Source: an uncultured delta proteobacterium
GTDB lineage: Bacteria > Desulfobacterota > Binatia > UBA9968
Length of the DNA: 64,000 nt
NCBI GenBank assembly: GCA_963771465.1
Contig: CAVYTU010000014.1
Span: 768,001 to 832,000 of the forward strand
Direction: 5' to 3'
Shown: positions 56,699-64,000 of the stretch, piece after piece
Position numbering within the stretch: position 1 is the first letter of the stretch
Layout of the letters: every line of letters starts with the position of its first letter
Translations under genes and position numbers: made by a program
The notes under the pieces: model-generated
The model's database searches: none
What the model saw: only the letters and a program-made list of their open reading frames with translations
What the model was told of the DNA's origin: nothing

Positions 56699-57607
56699 TC
56701 ACAGCGGCATGCAGGCTTGCAGGGCTTCGGGCAGATTCGGGAAGTCGAACTGGAAGCCCAGATTCTGTGCTACCACGGGAATGACTCGTTGACCGGTGAG
56801 CAGCATGTCGGCGATGTCGCCTAGGCCAAGTCGAAGTGCGAATCCCGGCACCGGCGCCCAGCAAGGCCGGTGCAGCACGTGGCCAAGAGTTTGGCAGAAC
56901 TCTTTGTTGCGCACCGGATTGGGCGCGGTGGCGTTGATCGCGCCGCTGGCTTGTTGATTATCGATGACATGAAGAATCAAGCGCACTTCATCTTCCAGGT
57001 GGATCCACGACATCCACTGTTTACCCGAGCCGATGGGCCCGCCGAAAAAAAATTTAAACGGCTCGACCATTTTGGTCAACGCGCCGCCGCCGTGGCCGAG
57101 CACGATGCCGGTGCGCAGGCGGACAACACGCATACCGAGAGCTTCGGCTTTCTTCGCTTCCTCTTCCCAATCGCGGCAGAGCCGGCTCAGAAAATCCGCT
57201 CCCGGCGGCTCGGTCTCGGTGATCTCTTCGTCGTCGCGCGCGCCATAGTACCCAATCGCCGAAGCGTTGATGAGAAACTTCGGTTTCTGTTTTGCCTTGG
57301 CGCAAGCTTGAACCAGGCTTTGGGTGGCGTCGACGCGGCTTTTGACCAAACGGCGGCGCTGCGTGTGGGTCCAGTTCCTTTCCGCGAGCGGCTCACCGGA
57401 GAGATTGATAACGCCGTCTGCGCCGTCTAGTTCCACGTCCCAATCGCGCAGCGCGCCGGGCGTCCAGTGTTGCCAACGCTTAACACCGGTGCTGGCGTCG
57501 CGTGGCGTGCCGCGGGTGAAGAGAATCAAGCTATGGCCTTGCTCTAATAGCCGTGGGCAAAGGGCGCTGCCAATAAAGCCGGTTGCGCCAGTGACGACCA
57601 ATCTCAT
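56699..57607 (-). CDS. TIGR01777 family NAD-dependent epimerase-like protein
   Basis: TGATGFIG, VINLSGE, SAIGYYG, RTGIVL, GSGKQWMSWIH, NATAPNP. Confidence 0.9.
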   Translation of the reverse strand: MRLVVTGATGFIGSALCPRLLEQGHSLILFTRGTPRDASTGVKRWQHWTPGALRDWDVELDGADGVINLSGEPLAERNWTHTQRRRLVKSRVDATQSLVQACAKAKQKPKFLINASAIGYYGARDDEEITETEPPGADFLSRLCRDWEEEAKKAEALGMRVVRLRTGIVLGHGGGALTKMVEPFKFFFGGPIGSGKQWMSWIHLEDEVRLILHVIDNQQASGAINATAPNPVRNKEFCQTLGHVLHRPCWAPVPGFALRLGLGDIADMLLTGQRVIPVVAQNLGFQFDFPNLPEALQACMPL

Positions 57608-57780
57608 GATGCGTTGTTCTCCAGTCCCGATGGCGGAAACGTTCGCCACCCAGCCATGAAACATTTTCCGCGAGGCGGAGTCAAGGTAAAGCTAGTCCGG
57701 GCGCGATACGGGTCATTGTCCTTGTTATTGGCATAGAAGCGAATAGAATGGCGGCACCTTTTTTTCTAGAGAGTCTACGC

Positions 57781-59445
57781 ATGACCGCGGAGTTTTCTGC
57801 CGACGAAAAAAAACGGCTGGCGCCATTTTTCACCAATGACGACCGGCCGGTTTTCGGTCTTAAGTTGCCCCAGGAGGTGGCCGGGGCGCTGTTTTCCCGC
57901 TATAGCCGCTCGGTAAAAAGCTTGCGCCGCACTTTTCTCGATGAGTTTCTCGGCGATGCCGAGCTCGGCTTGGGCGAGATACTCGGCGGACAAACCGCGG
58001 CTGGCGATGACAGCGCGGCGCTCAAAAAAGCCCGGGCGTTCTTCGAACGCGTCCTGGTCGGCTACGGCGATGATTCCGTCGCCCAGTTGGGCGGCGCTCA
58101 TATCGCCTGCGAAAATATTTCCAACGTCGCCGCGAAACTATTGGAAGACGCGCGCATCGGCATCGCGCCGCTGGAGAAATCGACGCGCTACGTGCGCTTC
58201 GATCAAAAGGACGCCGCCGGGGATTATCTTTTTTACCGCGAGCCCAAGATCATGGCGTCGCGTCACCGCGACCGTTATCTCGAAGTGATGAATCTGCTGT
58301 TCGACACCTATTCCAAGCAGATGGAGCCGATGCTCGATCACGTCGCCAAGGCGCTGCCCATCGAGCAGCTGGAAGTGCGTGATCCGGTTTCCGGCAAAGG
58401 GGTAAATTATGCCGACGCCGCCAAGGATGAACGGTTGCGCCGCTGGGCCGAGACGGCATACCGCGCAACGGTGCGGGCGCACGCGTGTGACGTGCTGCGC
58501 AGTTATCTGCCGGCAGCGACGCTGACCAACGTCGGCATGTTTGGCGTCGGCCAGGCGTTCGAGTATCTCGTCAGCAAGTTTTACTCACACGAGTTGAGCG
58601 AAGCGAAAGAACTCGGCGCGGCGATTCACGGCGAGCTCAATCAACTGATCCCATCCTTCGTCAAACGGGCGCAGCGCAATGAGTATCTCGTCGCGACCAC
58701 GGCGGCGGCGAAAATGCTGGCGGCCCATTCGACCGCGCTAATTCCAATCGCCACCCAGGAACCGGTGACGCTGGTTGATTATGACACGGACGCAGAAGAA
58801 AAAGTGCTTGCGGCGATTCTCTACGGCCAAGCGCGCCAGCCGCTGGAGCAATTGCGCCAGGTCGCCGCGACGCTGAGCCAAGCCGAGCGCCGGCAAATCT
58901 TTCAAGAGTATTTTTCGAAGCGGCGTCATCGGCGCGACAAGTTGAGCCGCGCTTTCGAAAACGTTTATTACACCTTCGACATTCTCGGTAATCTCGGCCT
59001 CTACCGCGATCTCCACCGCCACCGCATTCTCACCCAAGAGCGCCAGGACTTTACCACCGTGCACGGCTACGACACGCCGCCGGAAATTGCCGAGTCCGGT
59101 TTCACCAGCGAGTTCGACCACTGCATGCAGCGCGCGGCGGAATTGTACGAGGAGATTTACCGCGATTTGCCTTGCGAAGCGCAGTATGTCGTGCCGTTCG
59201 CTTACAAGATTCGCTGGTACATGAAGATGAACCTGCGCGAAGCCGTGCACATGTGCGAGCTGCGCACCATGCCCCAAGGCCATCCCGACTATCGATTCAT
59301 CTGCCAGGAAATGTGGCGCAAAGTTCAATCCGTCCATCCGGCGCTGGCCGAGTCGGGAAAATTCATGGACTGGCAGAAGTATAGTTTGGGGCGCTTGCAG
59401 TCGGAGTTGCGCACGGAGTTTAAGAAGTCGGCGCTCGAGAAATAG
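57781..59445 (+). CDS. thyX: FAD-dependent thymidylate synthase, double-domain form
   Basis: GYGDDSVAQ, LEKSTRY, RSYLPAA (domain 1); RDLHRHR, AQYVVP, MNLREAVH..ELR...GHPDYR (domain 2). Confidence 0.82.
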   Translation: MTAEFSADEKKRLAPFFTNDDRPVFGLKLPQEVAGALFSRYSRSVKSLRRTFLDEFLGDAELGLGEILGGQTAAGDDSAALKKARAFFERVLVGYGDDSVAQLGGAHIACENISNVAAKLLEDARIGIAPLEKSTRYVRFDQKDAAGDYLFYREPKIMASRHRDRYLEVMNLLFDTYSKQMEPMLDHVAKALPIEQLEVRDPVSGKGVNYADAAKDERLRRWAETAYRATVRAHACDVLRSYLPAATLTNVGMFGVGQAFEYLVSKFYSHELSEAKELGAAIHGELNQLIPSFVKRAQRNEYLVATTAAAKMLAAHSTALIPIATQEPVTLVDYDTDAEEKVLAAILYGQARQPLEQLRQVAATLSQAERRQIFQEYFSKRRHRRDKLSRAFENVYYTFDILGNLGLYRDLHRHRILTQERQDFTTVHGYDTPPEIAESGFTSEFDHCMQRAAELYEEIYRDLPCEAQYVVPFAYKIRWYMKMNLREAVHMCELRTMPQGHPDYRFICQEMWRKVQSVHPALAESGKFMDWQKYSLGRLQSELRTEFKKSALEK

Positions 59446-59607
59446 AGTCAGGAGAGTCGCCGAAAGTTAAAATCGAAGCAAGCCGTGCGAGGTCGTCGTA
59501 ACATAGCCGCACAATTCCAGCTTGACTCTTCGCCGCGAGCGGCGTTATAGGTGCCGAGTTCATCGTGGCTGAGCCAACCATACTTTAACCTTCGGAGGAA
59601 CCCGTAG

Positions 59608-60030
59608 ATGGAATGGAAAGAAGCGTTTCCCCTGTTGCAAGAAAATCACACCGGTGTCGCGATCAGCGTCACGCCCAAGGGCCGGGCGCAGTCGACCATC
59701 GTCTCGACGGCTGTACTGGATGGTAAGCTCGGCTTCGCGTCCCGGCCGCGCACCGTCAAGGTCAAGAACATCCAACGGACAGGCCGGGCGACGGTCACTG
59801 TCATCAAGCTCGATACCCGGCGCTATGTCACCGTCGAGGGCCCTGCGTCCATCGAGCCTTGGCAAGACACGCCAGCGCATATCAAGAGATTGAAGGACCT
59901 TTACGTTTCCATGGGCCGAGGCCCCAAAGGTACAGACGAGAAATTTGCCGAGCAAATGCGGGAAGAGGAACGAAGCCTAATTCTAGTCACCCCCGAGCGC
60001 CTGTACGGCAGCCTCCGATCAGGCGCCTAA
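59608..60030 (+). CDS. PPOX-class (pyridoxamine 5'-phosphate oxidase-like), probably F420-binding, protein
   Basis: GRAQST, KVKNIQRTGRATV, YVTVEG, MREEERSLILVTPER; GGAGG SD. Confidence 0.78.
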   Translation: MEWKEAFPLLQENHTGVAISVTPKGRAQSTIVSTAVLDGKLGFASRPRTVKVKNIQRTGRATVTVIKLDTRRYVTVEGPASIEPWQDTPAHIKRLKDLYVSMGRGPKGTDEKFAEQMREEERSLILVTPERLYGSLRSGA

Positions 60031-60113
60031 CGTAATTCCCTTCGCCTCGCCAAGGCGTTGAAAGCCGGCCGCTTTCCGCCCAGCGGATTGGGTCGCGCAG
60101 GAGGTTTAAGACA

Positions 60114-61235
60114 ATGATCGCCATGCTTGTCGCAATCGTCATGATGGTTTTGGGTTTGTTGCCACTGACTGGGGCGGCCTCTGCTGCAACGGTAACCGCT
60201 GCCAGTGTTCAAAAAGCCAAGCAAGCTGCCGAAGCCAAGGGCTTTGCGTTTATCTCCAACCGCGACGAAATCTTAAGCAACGCTAAAAAAGAGGGCAAAG
60301 TTCGCGTGCAGAGTTCGTTGGATCCCAATACGTTTAAGCCGCTGGCGGAGTCTTTCAAAAAGAAATATCCCTTCGCAGATATCGAGATTCAGGAATTGAC
60401 GGGTACCGACGCGGCGCAGCGCTTCCTTCTGGAACTCAAAGCGGGAGCGAGCAAAGACTGGGATGTATTGCATCTCCCGGAAGATTTTTATACCGACTAC
60501 GCGCCGCACGCGAAAAAACTCGACCTTTTAGGGATGGCCGAGCAGATGGTCTTGAATATCAATCCTAAGATGATCGACCCCGAATATCGCACCGTGGTGA
60601 GCGTCGGTTCCGGCATTTGCTCCATTGCCTACAATAAGAAGCTGCTTGCCGCCGACAAGGTTCCGAACCGGTGGGAAGACTTCTTGAAGCCGGAGTTCAA
60701 GGGGAAAAAATTTCTCGTCGATATCCGGCCCTACTGCGTCGCCGCTCTCGTGCCCGCTTTGGGTGAGGAGTGGGTCAAGAACTATGCCCGAAAGATCAAG
60801 GAACAAGAGCCCATCTGGATGCGCGGCAATACCCGGGCGATGAGCGGGATTGTTTCCGGCGAGTACGCGCTGCATCAAATGACGCAGTACCATTCCTGCG
60901 TTCGTGCCGCAGAAAAAGACGTCACCAAATCGCTTGGCTGCAAGACTCTTGAACCCGTCCCGGTGAAGCTCCAGGACGTCGTCGGCGTTATGCAAACCGC
61001 GTCGAATCCGTCGCGCGCGCTGCTCTTTATCGAACACGCCGCCAGCCCTGAAGGGCAAAAAATCATCGATGAATTCAACCCGCTCAAGTCAAACGTCTTT
61101 GCCGACGGCGAGATCGCCAGATTGCTCAAGGGCAGAAAAGTTTCGCTGAACGACTATCGCACCTATCACAAGTCACCGGCATTGATAAAAATGGTCGTGG
61201 AAGCTTATGGTTTTCCCAAGGCCGAAGCCAATTAA
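60114..61235 (+). CDS. Extracellular solute-binding protein (orphan; same family as 33402)
   Basis: Signal peptide, AKKEGKV, WEDFLKPEFKGK, NPSRALLFIEHAASPEGQK. Confidence 0.8.
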   Translation: MIAMLVAIVMMVLGLLPLTGAASAATVTAASVQKAKQAAEAKGFAFISNRDEILSNAKKEGKVRVQSSLDPNTFKPLAESFKKKYPFADIEIQELTGTDAAQRFLLELKAGASKDWDVLHLPEDFYTDYAPHAKKLDLLGMAEQMVLNINPKMIDPEYRTVVSVGSGICSIAYNKKLLAADKVPNRWEDFLKPEFKGKKFLVDIRPYCVAALVPALGEEWVKNYARKIKEQEPIWMRGNTRAMSGIVSGEYALHQMTQYHSCVRAAEKDVTKSLGCKTLEPVPVKLQDVVGVMQTASNPSRALLFIEHAASPEGQKIIDEFNPLKSNVFADGEIARLLKGRKVSLNDYRTYHKSPALIKMVVEAYGFPKAEAN

Positions 61236-61325
61236 CGAGATAAATCGGCGCTGACCCGGAGACCGTCCCCTCAATTTCAGAGCCTGACAGCGTCCCAAAA
61301 GACTCCGTTTCAATTTAGCAGAAAC

Positions 61326-61360
61326 AAAAAGAGGGACAGCCGGTTCCCCGGCTATCCCTC
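61326..61360 (-). terminator. Intrinsic terminator
   Basis: GAGGGATAGCCGG-GGAA-CCGGCTGTCCCTC followed by TTTTT on the minus strand. Confidence 0.75.
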
Positions 61361-61383
61361 TCGCAACGTGCATGCTCAGAAGA

Positions 61384-61824
61384 TTACTTTGTGGTCGGTT
61401 TCTTCTCCGTCACGTCGGCTTTCTTCTCTGTCCTGGTTTCTTCTCCGTCGCTTTTTTGGCTTCGGCCTTGACCGAGCTGGCGATCATCTGGCCATCCTTC
61501 TCGGTGTAGGAAACCTTGACCATGTCGCCCACTTTGAGTTTTGCCAGCGAGCTTTTCGCGCTCTTGGAAGTGGCGCTCAGCTTTATCTCTTTGTCCTTTT
61601 CCTTAACTTCGAAAGTGCCCGCCTTCGCATCCAGCGACTGTGACCTCACCGGTAGCCTGATGGGTCTTCGTCTTCTCTGATTTCATCTCCGTTTTCTTCT
61701 CCATTGCCGGAGCGGCTGGAGTCGCGGGTGTAGCTGGAGTGGCCGGTTTCGCCTGCGCGAAGCCGAGCGCGCTAAAACCTAACGTGGTTAAAGCAACAAC
61801 TAATATCTTAATCATGTTTTTCAC
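61384..61824 (-). CDS. Exported Lys/Pro-rich small beta-barrel-like protein (PAT and TEKK repeats), two apparent frameshifts (~61640, ~61433)
   Basis: GGAGG SD, signal peptide, (PAT)3, TGEVTSLDAKAGTFEVK...LKVGDMVKVSY; restoring frames gives three TEKK repeats ending at TAA 61384. Confidence 0.6.
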
Positions 61825-62021
61825 AGTATCACCTCCTTCCTGTTTGTTAGACTTTCCTTTGTTAGACGTGATGTTTTCAAAATCCTTTCAAATCTTCACT
61901 AGACAATAGAAAACTTACGCTGCTCCGCACACTTGGCAGCTTTACGGCACTCGGTGAATTTGGCGTCCCGATCGCTGGTTTGCTACGCTCGCATACCAGT
62001 TGCTTGCACAGTCAACGCTCC

Positions 62022-62414
62022 CTAATCCTTTGGCGCCTCGCCGCCGGCCTTGATTTCTTTGCCTTCGGGACCGAAGCGAGAGTTGGAATAGGTTTCCGCT
62101 CTACTGCCCATGAAAACATAGCCGGTGTGGCTCGGCGCTTCTTGTTGGTAGTATTGCCCTTTGGGGATGACCACCAACACGCCCGGGGTAATCGATTGCC
62201 GCGTGCCGTCCGGGAAGTTTATGAAGCATTCCCCTTGAAGACCATAAAAGGCCTGATCCGCCGTATGTCTGTGCATGGGGCCCTTGTCGCCGGGTACACT
62301 ATTGTGAATCCAGACATGAAAGTTGTCGGAATTGAAAAGGAGCCGATCATGCTTGCCGGCTCCCGCACTTTTCATCCCTGGGTGCTCGTTAATATCGATA
62401 CGCTTAGCGGGCAT
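62022..62414 (-). CDS. Cupin domain protein
   Basis: MHRHTADQAFYGLQG...PGVLVVIPKGQYY; GGAGG SD before ATG 62414. Confidence 0.75.
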   Translation of the reverse strand: MPAKRIDINEHPGMKSAGAGKHDRLLFNSDNFHVWIHNSVPGDKGPMHRHTADQAFYGLQGECFINFPDGTRQSITPGVLVVIPKGQYYQQEAPSHTGYVFMGSRAETYSNSRFGPEGKEIKAGGEAPKD

Positions 62415-62482
62415 AAACACCTCCACTCTTTTTATCTGCCTGAGCGATACTCTAAACAGAATTCTCGTGTCAACCAGGCAAG

Positions 62483-62528
62483 TTGATTCTGAAGCCACGA
62501 TCACGGAACACGAACACGTCGCTTGAAC
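62483..62528. repeat. Direct repeat copy 1 (46 bp, CACGAA-like hexamer core)
   Basis: ttgattctgaagccacgatcacggaacacgaacacgtcgcttgaac; 41/46 identical to 63764-63809. Confidence 0.8.
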
Positions 62529-62574
62529 ATTCAGTCGCTAGTCGATCTTTTGGGTTGCGGCAAACTGGCATTCG

Positions 62575-63637
62575 TTACTCGCCCATAAGCTTTTTGATCT
62601 TTTGCACGACCTCGGGCGGCTGATTGACAATCTCTTTCATAATCGCTTCTTGTTCTTCACCCGTTGACGGATCGAGCTCCATGTTTGATTTCTTCGCTTC
62701 GGCCAACAGAGCGGGGTCGTTAAGCGCCTTGGTATAGGCCTCCCTTAAAAGTCGAACGCGGTCGGGCGGCGTCTCTGGCGGCGCGATCATCGGATGGCCA
62801 TACTCATCACCGGCAAACATCACTTGAATCACTCGCCGGCTAGTGTCCGGCGTTTTGTACTTGTCCATCAGCTCATAAAGAGTCGGAACGGCTGCCGCCC
62901 GAGGATCGCGCTTCCGGCCGGTCTGCACGAGGTGCCGGTCGAAATCCTTTTTGTGCCACGTGCCAAAGGGCTCACGCCCGAAGTGAGCGTACAGAGTCAT
63001 CCCGGCACAGACGATTTCGCCCTTTTCTATGGCCAAATCAATTTCCGAACCGCCGGGATATCCCAAGACCATGGTGAATTTGATACCCAGAGCCTCCTCC
63101 AAGGCGCGCACTAAAATATTGCTCGCACTCGAAGTACCTGAAGCGCCGCACTTGGGCGGCTCTTTGGCTTTGCGCAACGTCTTCAATCGTCCGATAGGGT
63201 GTGTCGGAACGGATAAACAAAATCGCCGGTGTTTTATCCAGCGCGCCGATCCAGCTCAATTTGCGCACGTCGAACTTGACCTGCGGCTTGCCAATAAGCT
63301 GGTCGAGATAGATGTAGCTGAGCGGCATGCCGATCGTTAGGCCATCGCTCTTGGCCACGGAATAAATGTAGTTGGTGGCTACCAGTGAACTGGCGCCGGG
63401 CATATTCTGCACGATGATTTCAGGATTACCGGGCAGATATTTTCCCATGTGACGCGCGAGCAGCCGCGCGGCGATGTCATAGAAGCCGCCCGGCGGCGAG
63501 CCGACCACGAGACGGATCGTCTTACCTTGAAAAAAGGGTGCTGGTTGCGCGCTTGCGAGACTGCTGGGGCCGATCAACAGCGCGAGCAAAAGAACTCCGC
63601 ACGCTGAACGTGAACCGCAGCGTTTCCAGTCAATCAT
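62575..63637 (-). CDS. Bug/TctC-family tripartite tricarboxylate transporter binding protein (orphan), frameshift near 63176
   Basis: GKTIRLVVGSPPGGFYD..AR, VQNMPGA, DGLTI, then GYPGGSEIDLAIEKGE, PPETPPDRV..LR. Confidence 0.85.
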
Positions 63638-63763
63638 CCGGAGCCTCTTATCGCATAATGGTTTTAGGTCCAGCTATGTTTGTGCAACTCGGCCATCTGT
63701 TTACGTGGAACAATGACGACTCGCACGACGTGCAAATTGTCGATTATCACTAGCGGTGACAGC

Positions 63764-63809
63764 TTGATTCCGAAGACACGTTCACGGAACACGAACACGT
63801 CTCTTAAAC
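63764..63809. repeat. Direct repeat copy 2
   Basis: ttgattccgaagacacgttcacggaacacgaacacgtctcttaaac. Confidence 0.8.
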
Positions 63810-63815
63810 GTCCGT

Positions 63816-63998
63816 CTATTTTTTTGGCTCGTAACCAACTTTCGGAAAGCCCCAGGCCTCAGTGGCGATGCGCTCCATCAGTTTGTCTTCTGTGCCGCGG
63901 CAAGTATCGCCGCAAAGAGAGACTTTGGCTCCCTTCATGAGCTTGTTAGTAAGTGTTCCTTCGATGAGAAAGGAGCCTCGTCCTGGCTCGAGCGATTC
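63816..63998 (-). CDS. 3' end of another solute-binding protein (partial)
   Basis: My translation ...KLMKGAKVSL...EAWGFPKVGYEPKK* resembles the C-terminus of the 60114 protein (RLLKGRKVSL...EAYGFPK). Confidence 0.7.
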   Translation of the reverse strand, partial: ESLEPGRGSFLIEGTLTNKLMKGAKVSLCGDTCRGTEDKLMERIATEAWGFPKVGYEPKK

Positions 63999-64000
63999 CG

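Noticed and set aside
59522-59551. Sigma70 promoter upstream of the PPOX gene
   Set aside because: TTGACT is good but no TANNNT at 16-18 nt spacing

Overview
GC-rich bacterial chromosomal segment. Gene style and many orphan solute-binding proteins suggest a Candidatus Binatia / deltaproteobacterial lineage (inference only). Contents in order: (1) a complex I operon nuoA(end)-C-D-E-F-G-H-J-K-L-M-N with no nuoB or nuoI at their usual positions; (2) mixed genes including a GFA-Mpg-retropepsin-HAD run facing a glyoxalase; (3) a ~12 kb catabolic cluster for an unknown, probably N-heterocyclic, substrate (xanthine-dehydrogenase-family Mo hydroxylase, two LLM oxidoreductases, an atypical alpha/beta hydrolase, a bicupin, two cyclodeaminase/mu-crystallin proteins, an M24 hydrolase and an isochorismatase-family amidase); (4) ferredoxin, ybeY and prfB with its programmed +1 frameshift; (5) an arsenosugar-type cluster arsM-arsS-[DedA/VTT::disulfide reductase fusion]-DUF547-TIGR04283-TIGR04282; (6) a GH15 plus pentose-phosphate operon; (7) a probable exported selenocysteine peroxiredoxin-like protein (in-frame TGA in a UxxC motif with a SECIS-like hairpin) that the ORF track splits; (8) SDR, TIGR01777, double-length ThyX, PPOX protein and orphan binding proteins. 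A recurring non-coding feature is a family of intergenic elements built of degenerate 7-, 8- or 9-nt tandem units, often followed by their inverted copy, sitting in intra-operon gaps. About nine single-base frameshifts in otherwise intact genes look like sequencing indels. No rRNA, tRNA, CRISPR array or transposase was recognised.
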